64,000 nt of DNA from Candidatus Iainarchaeum sp. Lineage in GTDB: Archaea; Iainarchaeota; Iainarchaeia; Iainarchaeales; JAFCCW01. Positions 1-9,041 of this stretch are shown here, in pieces. The stretch's first letter is position 1; each line of letters opens with the position of its first letter. Where the stretch lies: the NCBI GenBank assembly GCA_017609985.1, contig JAFCCW010000001.1, positions 116,189-180,188 on the forward strand, read 5' to 3'. A model generated the notes under the pieces. It saw nothing but the letters and a program-made list of their open reading frames with translations. It was not told the DNA's origin and made no database searches. Position numbers and translations under genes: made by a program.

Positions 1-819
1 TACGTTGGCAGTGAATCACACCCCTATGCTGTGAAACCAACAGCATCAATTGTCTCTGACGCAATTGAAGCTGGTCCAGAACTAATGGCTGCTGATTTGG
101 AATTTGCCTGCAAGGCTGGCACAGCAGGAGTTCAAATGAATCTTGGGTTTGTAGAAGCAAGAATGATTGAATATGGTTTAGCAATCGGAACAGACACAGC
201 ACAGGGAAGACCAAATGATGCTCTTGAATTCACTGCCGGAAGCGGAGCTGGAGCAATAATTGTTGGAGACAAACGAAACGAAATAATCGCAACCTGCGAA
301 GATACTTATTCATTCACAACAGACACTCCTGACTTTTGGAGAAGACCAAAAGAAGACTTTCCAATGCACGCGGGAAGATTTACTGGAGAACCAGCTTACT
401 TCAAGCACGTGCTGAGTGCTTCAAGAGGAATTCTGGAAAAAACAAGTTACAAAACAAAAGACTTTGACCACGTAGTCTTTCATCAGCCAAATGCAAAATT
501 TCCTCTGAAAGCAGGCAAGATACTTGGATTTGAACGAGAAAAATTTGAAGCAGGACTAATGTGCCCAACAATAGGAAATACTTATTCAGGCGCAACAATG
601 GTTGGGTTGTGTGCAGTTCTTGACGTTGCAAAGCCAGGAGAGAGAATACTTGCAGTGTCTTACGGCAGCGGAGCAGGAAGCGATGCATTCATTTTTAAGA
701 CAACAAAAAACATTGAAAAGAAAAGAGGAAAAATAGCAGTAAAGGAAATGATTAAAGAAAAGCAATACATTGATTATGCAGAATACATAAAACACAGGAA
801 AAAGCTGAAGAGTTTGTAG
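1..819 (+). CDS. HMG-CoA synthase, archaeal type (5' end truncated by window edge)
   Basis: Frame open from nt 1 (YVGSESHPYAVKP...). Motifs HQPNAKFP and SYGSGAGSDAF. Followed by its known partners thiolase and DUF35. Confidence 0.85.
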   Translation, partial: YVGSESHPYAVKPTASIVSDAIEAGPELMAADLEFACKAGTAGVQMNLGFVEARMIEYGLAIGTDTAQGRPNDALEFTAGSGAGAIIVGDKRNEIIATCEDTYSFTTDTPDFWRRPKEDFPMHAGRFTGEPAYFKHVLSASRGILEKTSYKTKDFDHVVFHQPNAKFPLKAGKILGFEREKFEAGLMCPTIGNTYSGATMVGLCAVLDVAKPGERILAVSYGSGAGSDAFIFKTTKNIEKKRGKIAVKEMIKEKQYIDYAEYIKHRKKLKSL

Positions 820-827
820 GTGAAAAA

Positions 828-1994
828 ATGAGAAGTGTTAGCATTATCGGAGCCGGGCTGACAACATTCGGCGAGCACTGGGAAAAGAGCTTCAGGGAAC
901 TCATAGCAGAAGCAGGGATACAGGCAATCCAGGATGCTGGGGTTTCAGGCGGTCAGATAGAGGCAATTTATGGCGGGGCAATGGCTTCCGGAAGGTTTAT
1001 TGGTCAGGAGCACATCGGGGCACTGATAGCAGACCAGCTTGGGCTAAATCCGATTCCCTCAGTTCGTCTTGAAGCAGCCTGTGCTTCTGGAGGCGTGGCT
1101 TTGAGAAATGCTTATCTGGCAGTTGCAAGCGGAATGTACGACATTGTTGCAGTCGGCGGAGTAGAAAAAATGACAGAGGTTTCCACTGAAGACGCTGGAT
1201 TTGCTCTTGGCGGAGCCGGCGACCAGGAAACAGAGTTGTTCATGGGAGCAACCTTTCCAGCATTATACGCTTTGCTGGCACGCGCACACATGGAAGAATT
1301 TGGAACAACAGAAGAACAAATGGCGGCAGTAGCTGTAAAAAATCACAAGAACGCAGTGAACAATCCATTTGCCCAGTACAGGCGAGAAATAACAATCGAA
1401 GACGTAATGAAATCAGGATATGTTGCTTCTCCACTCAAACTTCTAGACTGCTCTCCAATAACTGACGGAGCAGCAGCAGTAATTATTGCCTCGAGCGATG
1501 TAGCAAAAAAAGTCTGTGAGAACCCGGTGGAAATACTGGCTTCAGAGCAAGCATCAGATTCACTTGCTCTATCAAAAAGAAAATCTTTAACCGAGCTTGA
1601 CGCAACCAAAGTAGCAGTAAAACAAGCCTATGAAAGAACAGGGCTGAAAGCAAAAGACATTGACTTTGCAGAAGTTCACGATTGCTTTACAATTAACGAA
1701 ATTCTTGCAACCGAAGACCTTGGTTTTTTCAAGAAGGGGGAAGGAGGCAAGGCAGTAGAAAAAGGAAAAACTGCTTTAGGTGGAGAAATTCCAGTAAACA
1801 CTTCTGGGGGTCTGAAAGCAAAAGGCCACCCAGTCGGAGCAACCGGGGTTGCCCAGGCAATTGAAGCCTACTGGCAGCTTCGCGGAGCAGCAGACAAGAG
1901 GCAGGTAAAAGATGCAGAATACGGATTAACCCACAATGTTGGCGGAAGCGGAGCCACAGCAGTAGTAAACATTTACAGGAGGCTGGAAAAATGA
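828..1994 (+). CDS. Acetyl-CoA C-acetyltransferase (thiolase)
   Basis: AGGTGA RBS upstream. Active-site context EAACASGG. C-terminal GHPVGATG and NVGGSGA thiolase motifs. Confidence 0.9.
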   Translation: MRSVSIIGAGLTTFGEHWEKSFRELIAEAGIQAIQDAGVSGGQIEAIYGGAMASGRFIGQEHIGALIADQLGLNPIPSVRLEAACASGGVALRNAYLAVASGMYDIVAVGGVEKMTEVSTEDAGFALGGAGDQETELFMGATFPALYALLARAHMEEFGTTEEQMAAVAVKNHKNAVNNPFAQYRREITIEDVMKSGYVASPLKLLDCSPITDGAAAVIIASSDVAKKVCENPVEILASEQASDSLALSKRKSLTELDATKVAVKQAYERTGLKAKDIDFAEVHDCFTINEILATEDLGFFKKGEGGKAVEKGKTALGGEIPVNTSGGLKAKGHPVGATGVAQAIEAYWQLRGAADKRQVKDAEYGLTHNVGGSGATAVVNIYRRLEK

Positions 1995-2395
1995 CTACTG
2001 GTTTTCCTCCATTGCTCTGGAGAAGGTTTCCGGAAAGATACACTCTTGCAGGAAACAAGTGCGAAACCTGCGGAACATCATACTTTCCAGCACGCAAAGT
2101 CTGTCCAAACTGCAGGAGACGAGGAAAACTTGTTGACGAGTCAATGCCGCGCAAGGGAAAAATAGTTTCATGGACACAATGCTTTGTTGGGCCAACAGGA
2201 TTTGAACACGAAACACCATACTTTGTTGCAATCATTGAACTCGAAAACAAGGTAAGACTTCTAGCCCAGCTTGTTGACAGCGATGAAAAGAAAGTTAAAA
2301 CAGGAGCCTGCGTGGAAAAAGTCTTCAGAAAAATAAACGACGCAGACAAATCCGGGCCAATAGCCTACGGCTACAAGTTTAAAATAGTTGGATGA
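1991..2395 (+). CDS. DUF35 OB-fold/Zn-ribbon protein (scaffold of thiolase/HMGS complex)
   Basis: ATGA overlap with thiolase stop. Zinc knuckles CETCG...CPNC followed by an OB-like C-terminus. Confidence 0.85.
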   Translation: MTTGFPPLLWRRFPERYTLAGNKCETCGTSYFPARKVCPNCRRRGKLVDESMPRKGKIVSWTQCFVGPTGFEHETPYFVAIIELENKVRLLAQLVDSDEKKVKTGACVEKVFRKINDADKSGPIAYGYKFKIVG

Positions 2396-2418
2396 ACCCA
2401 ATCTATTAAGGTGGTTTA

Positions 2419-3351
2419 ATGGGAGAAGGCATTGGATTTGGCAAGACAATTCTTTTCGGAGACCATTTTGTAGTGTATGGATTGCCGGGCATAGCAGCGG
2501 GTTTGAATAATTCAACCACTGCAAAGATTGAACCATCTGACAAATTCGAGTTTGAGGACAACCGTCCTCAGACACCAGGCTACAAGGAAAAGAAGAAATC
2601 CGAGATTCAGAGACAGCTGGATTCGCTTATTGAACAGTTTGACTTAAACATTGAAAAAACTCCTTTGAAGATAACTCTCTCCGGAAACCTTGTCTGTGCC
2701 TCAGGAATGGGAGCAAGCGCTGCTCTTGCGGCAAGCATTGCGCGTGCCCTCAGCAAAGAGTTTGGAAAAGAGCTGGATGATGAGCAGATAAACAAGATAG
2801 CTTATCTTGCAGAAGAAGCTGGGAGCGGAACTCCGTCCGGTATTGACAACACTTGTGCAGTGTATGGGGGATTTATTACTTTTGAGAAAAATCTTGAAGG
2901 TGGAGAAAACAAAATAGAGACTTTGCAGGTTGAAAATCCTGTTGAAATAGTTCTGGCAAATTCAGGCATAACACAGGAAACAAAAAAAGTAGTTGACGAT
3001 GTCAGAAAAGAAAAAGAAATCCGTTCAAAAGAGTTTGAAGAAATATTTGAAAAATATATGGAAACTTACAAACAAGCATTGCCTGCAATCAGGGAAGGGA
3101 ACTGGTCTGCGTTAGGAAAGCTGATGTCCAGAAACCACTCTTTCTTGCAAAAAATGACTGTTTCCTGCAAAGAACTTGACGAAATGCAGGCAACAGCTCT
3201 TGAAGCAGGTGCTTTTGGCGCAAAACTCACTGGAACCGGAAGAGGGGGGCTGCTTCTTGCACTAACCCCTGGCAAGGAATTGCAGGAAAAAGTTGCAAAA
3301 GCTCTTGAAGACCAAGGCTTCTCTTGCCTGCGCTCAAAGATAGGTGTGTAA
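2419..3351 (+). CDS. mvk: Mevalonate kinase
   Basis: AAGGTGG RBS. GKTILFGDHFVVYG and GHMP ATP loop SGMGASAALAAS. Confidence 0.9.
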   Translation: MGEGIGFGKTILFGDHFVVYGLPGIAAGLNNSTTAKIEPSDKFEFEDNRPQTPGYKEKKKSEIQRQLDSLIEQFDLNIEKTPLKITLSGNLVCASGMGASAALAASIARALSKEFGKELDDEQINKIAYLAEEAGSGTPSGIDNTCAVYGGFITFEKNLEGGENKIETLQVENPVEIVLANSGITQETKKVVDDVRKEKEIRSKEFEEIFEKYMETYKQALPAIREGNWSALGKLMSRNHSFLQKMTVSCKELDEMQATALEAGAFGAKLTGTGRGGLLLALTPGKELQEKVAKALEDQGFSCLRSKIGV

Positions 3352-3903
3352 ATGAAGCTCGTAGTTGCAATAACCGGCGCAAGCGGAGTAAGCTATTCTG
3401 TTTCCCTGCTCAAAGCATTGAAAAAAGCAGGAGTGGAGACACACTTGATTGTCTCCGAGTGGGCTGAAAAGCTGTTTGAAGAAGAAACAGATATTTCAGT
3501 TGCGGAAGTGAAAGCTCTTGCTTCGAAAACATATGGCTATAGGGAAATGGATGCAGCGATTTCCTCATCCAGCTTTTTAGTGGACGGAATGATTGTGATT
3601 CCAGCAAGCGTGAAAACTGTTTCAGACATTGCAAATGCAAGCACTGGCAATCTGATTTCACGCTCAGCAGACAACATGCTGAAAACAGGAAAAAAGCTCG
3701 TGGTTTGCGTGAGAGAAACTCCGCTGAGCGCTCCGTGCCTCAAGAATATGCACAATCTTGCGCTCTATGGGGCGATTGTAATGCCTTTGTCTCCCGGCTT
3801 CTATCACAAGCCAAAAACTATTAAGGATTTAGAAGCTTTTATTACTGGGAAAGTGCTGGATGCATTTGAAATAAAGAATGAAAACTTCAAGAGGTGGGGT
3901 TAA
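3352..3903 (+). CDS. ubiX: UbiX-type flavin prenyltransferase
   Basis: Starts directly after mvk stop (TAAATG). KLVVAITGASGVSY and VRETPLS motifs. Confidence 0.85.
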   Translation: MKLVVAITGASGVSYSVSLLKALKKAGVETHLIVSEWAEKLFEEETDISVAEVKALASKTYGYREMDAAISSSSFLVDGMIVIPASVKTVSDIANASTGNLISRSADNMLKTGKKLVVCVRETPLSAPCLKNMHNLALYGAIVMPLSPGFYHKPKTIKDLEAFITGKVLDAFEIKNENFKRWG

Positions 3904-5204
3904 TGGGATTTAGAGAATTTCTGGAAAAAATAGACAAAGAAACTGTTTCAAAGCCTGTTTCAAAAAAGCTAGAGGCAAGCGCAATCCTTGACCAGTTAGG
4001 AGAAAAAGCTGTACTTTTTGAAGACATTAAGGAAAGCGATTTCAGGGTTGGCGGAAACCTGTTCACAAGCAAGCAGAGAACAGCAGACTATCTTGGCTGC
4101 AAGGTAAGCGAGCTAATTCCCACTCTCACAAATGCAATTGACAACCCCTCAAAGCCGGAAGAGGTTTCAGGGGGAGAATGCCAGGAAGTCGAGCTGGATT
4201 CAGTTGACTTGGACAAGCTTCCGATTCTCTTTCACACAGAGGCAGACGGGGGAAACTATGTTTCTTCAGGAGTTGTTGTTTCCTCTTCCCCCGCGCACGG
4301 GCAAAACCTTGACTTTCACAGGTGCATGCAGATTTCCAAAAACAAGTTTTCAGTCCGAATCGTAAGCACTAGAAACTTTGATGAATTCCTGCAAAAGCAG
4401 GGGGAAATGCCTATTGCTGTTTGTGTCGGCAACGGAGCAAATACATTGATTGCAGCAGCTATCTCTGTTGAGATTGGAAAGAACGAGGAAGAGATTGCAA
4501 ACACGCTCTCACCCCTGCAGGTTACAAAGGCAAAAACCTCTGACCTGCTTGTTCCAGCTGATTCAGAATTCGTGCTGGAGGGGATAATCCGGCTTGCAGA
4601 CAAGTCAGACGAGGGGCCGTTTGTTGACTTAACCGAGACAGTTGATGTAGTAAGGCAGGAACCGGTTTTTGAAGTCAAGAAAATAACGCACCGCAAGGAC
4701 GCAATCTGGCAGGCACTGCTTCCAGGCAAGCTCGAGCACAAGCTCTTGATGGGAATGCCGCGCGAGCCCACGATGTTCAGGGAAGTGAATTCTGCTGGAG
4801 TCAAGTGCCTTGATGTGAACGTGAATCCCGGGGGCTGTTCTTGGCTGCATGGGCTTGTGAAAATTGACAAGCAAAGCGAGGAAGACGGGAAAAAGGCAAT
4901 TGAAGGAGCTTTCAAGGGGCACAAGTCATGCAAGCACATTTTCGTGGTTGACAAAGACATTGACATCTACAATCCATTGGAAGTAGAGTGGGCAATGGCT
5001 ACCCGTTTCCAGGCATCAGACGACTTTGTAATGAAGGAAAAAGAGCCAGGCAGTTCCCTTGATCCAAGTGCGGAGTCAAAAACAAAGATGACAAGCAAAT
5101 GCGGCTTTGATTGCACTGCCAAGCTTGAAGCAAAGGGAAAGAATTTTGGAAAAGCTGTTTTTCCAAAAGTTGAGTTGGAGAAGTTTTTGGGGGGAGAGCA
5201 ATGA
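3903..5204 (+). CDS. UbiD-family decarboxylase, probable anhydromevalonate-phosphate decarboxylase
   Basis: ATG in a TAATG overlap preceded by GAGGTGG (track start 3894 is a GTG). UbiD-like protein flanked by ubiX and AcnX genes. Confidence 0.75.
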   Translation: MGFREFLEKIDKETVSKPVSKKLEASAILDQLGEKAVLFEDIKESDFRVGGNLFTSKQRTADYLGCKVSELIPTLTNAIDNPSKPEEVSGGECQEVELDSVDLDKLPILFHTEADGGNYVSSGVVVSSSPAHGQNLDFHRCMQISKNKFSVRIVSTRNFDEFLQKQGEMPIAVCVGNGANTLIAAAISVEIGKNEEEIANTLSPLQVTKAKTSDLLVPADSEFVLEGIIRLADKSDEGPFVDLTETVDVVRQEPVFEVKKITHRKDAIWQALLPGKLEHKLLMGMPREPTMFREVNSAGVKCLDVNVNPGGCSWLHGLVKIDKQSEEDGKKAIEGAFKGHKSCKHIFVVDKDIDIYNPLEVEWAMATRFQASDDFVMKEKEPGSSLDPSAESKTKMTSKCGFDCTAKLEAKGKNFGKAVFPKVELEKFLGGEQ

Positions 5205-6373
5205 AACTGTCAAAAGAAGAGCAGGAAATGATTGAAGGAAAGCAGGGAAATGCAGTAAAGAAGAGCATGGAAATTTTAACTGCTCTTGGAGAAATTTTCG
5301 GAGCAGAAGAACTTGTGGATGTAAGCAGTGTCCAGATTGCCGGCGTCAGCTACCACAATCTTGGAGAAGCTGGATTGGAGTTTCTTGAAGAAATGGCAAA
5401 GGACGGCAAGACCAAAGTTCTTACAACACTAAACCCTGCAGGAATGGACTTGGAGAACTGGAAGGCTCTTGGAATTTCTCCAGAGTTTGCAAAACAGCAA
5501 GAACTTGTAATAGAAGCATTTGCAAAGATGGGGGTAATCACTACCTGCACTTGCACCCCATATTTCATTGGAAACACGCCACATTATGGAGAACATATTG
5601 CTTGGGCTGAGTCAAGCGCGGTATGCTATGCAAACTCTGTTCTTGGATTGAAAACAAACAGGGAAGGAGGGCCAAGCGCTCTTGCTTCCGCTCTCACAGG
5701 AAAGACTCCAAAGTTCGGCTTGCATCTTGAAGAAAACAGACAGGCAAAGGTTTTAGTTGAATTAAATGCAGAGCTGAAGAGCGTGCCGGACTTTGGCGCA
5801 CTGGGCTGGGCAGTTGGAAACAAAATCGGAAACAAGATTCCCCTGATTACTGGTGTGAAAAAAGCAAGCATTGAAGAACTCAAGAGCCTGTGCGCTAGCA
5901 TTGCAACCTATGGCGGAACAGCAATGTTTCACATGGAGGGAATTACTCCAAGCAAGACAACTGTTCCGGAAGAAAAGCTTGAGATTGAAGAAGCAGACCT
6001 TGAAGAGGCAAGAAAAACACTCAACGACGAGATTGAAATTGATTTAATTGCAATCGGCTGCCCGCACTGTTCTCTTGGAGAAATCCAGAAAATTGCCTCT
6101 CTTCTTGAAGGAAAAAAAGTCAAAAAAGAAATGTGGATTTGTTTAGCAAGGCCAATCAAAAAGATTGCAGACCAGATGGGCTATTCAAAGACAATAGAGG
6201 GCTCGGGAGCAAAGTTTGCCTGCGACACCTGCATGGCTGTTGCTCCTTTGAAGGGAAGATTCAAGGGGCTGGCGACTGATTCAGCAAAAGCCTGTTTTTA
6301 CGGCAGGGGAAAGAATTCTTTCAAAACCAAATTTATGCCATTGGAAGAGCTTGTAAAGGAGGCGACAGAATGA
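5201..6373 (+). CDS. Aconitase X large subunit (DUF521-type), probable phosphomevalonate dehydratase large subunit
   Basis: ATGA overlap. ~390 aa AcnX-like sequence followed by the cognate small subunit. Confidence 0.75.
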   Translation: MKLSKEEQEMIEGKQGNAVKKSMEILTALGEIFGAEELVDVSSVQIAGVSYHNLGEAGLEFLEEMAKDGKTKVLTTLNPAGMDLENWKALGISPEFAKQQELVIEAFAKMGVITTCTCTPYFIGNTPHYGEHIAWAESSAVCYANSVLGLKTNREGGPSALASALTGKTPKFGLHLEENRQAKVLVELNAELKSVPDFGALGWAVGNKIGNKIPLITGVKKASIEELKSLCASIATYGGTAMFHMEGITPSKTTVPEEKLEIEEADLEEARKTLNDEIEIDLIAIGCPHCSLGEIQKIASLLEGKKVKKEMWICLARPIKKIADQMGYSKTIEGSGAKFACDTCMAVAPLKGRFKGLATDSAKACFYGRGKNSFKTKFMPLEELVKEATE

Positions 6374-6759
6374 TTCTCAAAGGTCAGAAAGTCAGCGCTG
6401 GAAAAGCAGAGGGAGAAGCACTTGTCTCCACAGAAGGAATTTCTTTCTACGGCGGAGTAGAGCCGGAGATAGGAAAAATTGTTGAACAGGGGCACCCTCT
6501 TGAAGGAAAATCTGTTTCAGGAAAAATCCTTGTCTTTCCAGAGGGCAAGGGAAGCACTGTCGGCTCTTATACTTTGTACCAGATGAAAAAGTTCGGCACT
6601 GCGCCTGCAGCAATAGTCAACAAGCAGGCTGAAACAATTGTTGCAGTTGGAGCAATAATTTCAGAGATTCCAGCAGTCCACAAGATAGACATTGAAAGGA
6701 TAGAGAATGGAACAATGCTCAGAGTTGACGGAGACAAGGGAGAAGTTGAAATAAAATAG
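6370..6759 (+). CDS. Aconitase X small (swivel, DUF126-type) subunit, probable phosphomevalonate dehydratase small subunit
   Basis: ATGA overlap. 129 aa with GKAEGEALV...ISFYGGV...GKGSTVGSY pattern. Confidence 0.75.
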   Translation: MILKGQKVSAGKAEGEALVSTEGISFYGGVEPEIGKIVEQGHPLEGKSVSGKILVFPEGKGSTVGSYTLYQMKKFGTAPAAIVNKQAETIVAVGAIISEIPAVHKIDIERIENGTMLRVDGDKGEVEIK

Positions 6760-6775
6760 ACAGGATAGTGATTGA

Positions 6776-7567
6776 ATGCTCTATATTTTAAAAATTGGCG
6801 GAAGCGTTTGTACTGAAAAAGACGAGAACAATCTGCAGGCTAAAGAAGAAACCATCCAAAGAATCGCCCGCGAAATAAAACAGGCAATGGAAAATAAGAG
6901 ATTTCAGTTAATCCTTGTTCACGGAGCAGGTCCTTTTGGACACAAGCTTGTGACGGATTTTGAGATTGACAACGGACTGAAGAACGAAGAGGATTTCGCT
7001 AAATTCAAGAAAGTTCAGGAGTCAATGAAGCAGCTTAATGGCATTGTATTGAAAGAGTTTGAAAAAGAAGGAGTTGAACTGCATCCGCTTGTTCCACATG
7101 AAGTGATTAGGCAGGAGAACAAAAAGATAACAAGTTTTGATACACAAATTCTTGGACAATTTCTTTCCAATGGCAAGATTCCAACCCTCTATGGTGACAT
7201 GGTTCCAGACTCAAAATTAAAGGGAAGCGTTGTTTCTGGAGACTCAATAATTGCGTGGCTTTCACGTGAACTAAAAGCAGACACTGTATTCCTTGGCACA
7301 GATGTCGACGGAATCTATTCAGCTGACCCGAAGAAGGACAGCAATGCAAAGAGGTTTGACAGAATTAATGAAAGCAACTGGCTAGCGGTTGAGAAAGCAC
7401 TGGATGAAGCAAGCACTGTTGATGTCACAGGCGGAATGAAGGGAAAAATCGAAAAAATGCGAGAAAAATTCAAAGGCGGAAAAGTAATTGTCTTTGACGC
7501 AAACAAAGAAGAAAGCGTTTTCAAAGCATTAACTGGGCAAAAAATAGGAACCTTGATTGAGTTTTAA
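6776..7567 (+). CDS. Isopentenyl phosphate kinase
   Basis: LKIGGSVCTEK and HGAGPFGH amino-acid-kinase motifs typical of IPK. Confidence 0.85.
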   Translation: MLYILKIGGSVCTEKDENNLQAKEETIQRIAREIKQAMENKRFQLILVHGAGPFGHKLVTDFEIDNGLKNEEDFAKFKKVQESMKQLNGIVLKEFEKEGVELHPLVPHEVIRQENKKITSFDTQILGQFLSNGKIPTLYGDMVPDSKLKGSVVSGDSIIAWLSRELKADTVFLGTDVDGIYSADPKKDSNAKRFDRINESNWLAVEKALDEASTVDVTGGMKGKIEKMREKFKGGKVIVFDANKEESVFKALTGQKIGTLIEF

Positions 7568-7568
7568 C

Positions 7569-8093
7569 ATGTCTGAAGAAATATTCGAAGTAGTTGATGA
7601 CAACAACAATGTTGTCGGTCTTGAAAAAAGGTCAATAGTTCACAAAACTGGCTTGCCGCATCGCGGAGTATATGTTCTTCTTTTTAATAGCAGAAAAGAA
7701 CTGCTTTTGCAAAAACGAGCTTCCTCTAAAAAGATTGCTCCAAGCACGTGGGATGTTTCCAGTGCAGAACACCTGAAACCAGGAGAAAGCTTTGAAGAAG
7801 CAGCAAAACGTGGGCTAGAAGAGGAAGTAAAAATCTTCAATTCCGCTCCCAACCATGTTCTTGACTTTCGCTACACTCACGAATATAATGTTGGTTTGAA
7901 AGACGATGAATTCAATTCAGTTTTTGAACTAGTTTATGATGGGGCTTTTGCTCCAGACAAGGAAGAAGTTTCGGAAGCAAAATTTTTTTCGCTTGAACAG
8001 GTCAAAAAAATGCTTGAAGAAAATCCAGGACAGTTTGCTCCCTGGGTTGAAAAGGTTTTAAGACTCTATTTCGAGAAAAAGAAACTAGTTTAG
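7569..8093 (+). CDS. Nudix-fold protein related to type 1 IPP isomerase (catalytic Cys not conserved)
   Basis: ATG 1 nt after IPK stop (track start 7557 is TTG). HRGVYVLLFN...KRASSKK...WDVSSAEH...DDEFNSVF aligns by eye to E. coli Idi. Confidence 0.65.
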   Translation: MSEEIFEVVDDNNNVVGLEKRSIVHKTGLPHRGVYVLLFNSRKELLLQKRASSKKIAPSTWDVSSAEHLKPGESFEEAAKRGLEEEVKIFNSAPNHVLDFRYTHEYNVGLKDDEFNSVFELVYDGAFAPDKEEVSEAKFFSLEQVKKMLEENPGQFAPWVEKVLRLYFEKKKLV

Positions 8094-8106
8094 GACAAGC
8101 TAAATA

Positions 8107-8631
8107 TTATTTAAATTTTTTAAATTCGCTGCTTTCCCTGAAGACACGCATTGTTTCGTGAAACCAAGCAGGATAATCATCTGGTTTGCTTTTAAGCTCT
8201 TCAATAATTTCTGAAATACTTTTTTCTATTGGCTGAGATTCCATTTCATCCAAATTAGGTTTTATTTCTCCATCAAAAACTGCAACATTTACATAACAAA
8301 ACTCGTTTTCGCAGGTTCCGTCTTCATATCCTGCTTCGTATGAAAAACCAGGTAATTCCACAAATTCAATTTCTTCTCTGACTCCGTACTCGTTTTCCAA
8401 GCAACGCCTTGCAGCCTCTTTCTTTGTTTCCCCTGCAAGAATATGTGTAGTGGGAACGTCAAGAACATTGCCTCCAATTTTTCTGGAATGCCTATGGTGC
8501 ATTAACAGCTTTTTGTCACTGTTAAACAAAAGAACCTGCACTGCAAGATGCTTTGTTCCAGGGCTCTTGTGAGCCTCTTTTCGCGCAATAGACTGTCCGT
8601 CTGGCTGTCCTTGAGCATCACAAGTTGCCAT
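8107..8631 (-). CDS. Second IDI-like Nudix-fold protein (start uncertain)
   Basis: HLAVQVLLFNSDKKLLMHHR...THILAGETKKEAARRCLENEYGV resembles the upstream paralogue. First ATG after a hydrophobic, unlikely extension. Confidence 0.55.
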   Translation of the reverse strand: MATCDAQGQPDGQSIARKEAHKSPGTKHLAVQVLLFNSDKKLLMHHRHSRKIGGNVLDVPTTHILAGETKKEAARRCLENEYGVREEIEFVELPGFSYEAGYEDGTCENEFCYVNVAVFDGEIKPNLDEMESQPIEKSISEIIEELKSKPDDYPAWFHETMRVFRESSEFKKFK

Positions 8632-8705
8632 TAATTCATCTGGTTTGTCCTCAAGTTTTTTTCCGTTCACAGTAAAGCTTTTAGAGAAGATAATTATAAA
8701 ATATA

Positions 8706-9029
8706 ATGTTTGGAATGAGAAAAATAAGACACACACCGTTTACAAGAGCAGATTGGAAAAAATCAAAACAAGATATTTTTCACAAAGTAACTAACTGGGT
8801 TGACAGAAAATTAAGACCTGGAAGATACAAGCCAGTTATTTCCTCAGACCAGTATGCTGCAAAAATAGGTTATGCAAAATCAGCTGAAGAATATGAAAAA
8901 AGACACGGAGTAGTTACTAGACGGGATCTTCCAAGAGATGCAGAAATACAAGGAACTGTTCTAGACGATGGCTCAGTGGAAATATTGAGAATAAGGAAAA
9001 AAACCCCTTCACAAAGAAAAAAAAAGTAG
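8706..9029 (+). CDS. Hypothetical basic protein
   Basis: ORF only; no recognisable motif. Confidence 0.4.
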   Translation: MFGMRKIRHTPFTRADWKKSKQDIFHKVTNWVDRKLRPGRYKPVISSDQYAAKIGYAKSAEEYEKRHGVVTRRDLPRDAEIQGTVLDDGSVEILRIRKKTPSQRKKK

Positions 9030-9041
9030 TGTACAAGAAAA

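Noticed and set aside
4316-4966. Long antisense ORFs (this one 216 aa; also 1729-2349, 12430-12894, 42135-42749, 62249-62965, 22099-22653, 44323-44667 and others)
   Set aside because: All lie opposite genes with clear family motifs. They are Ser/Phe/Leu-rich with low complexity, as expected from reverse-reading GAA/AAA/GCA-rich codons, and they lack RBS or TATA context. I treated them as shadow ORFs.
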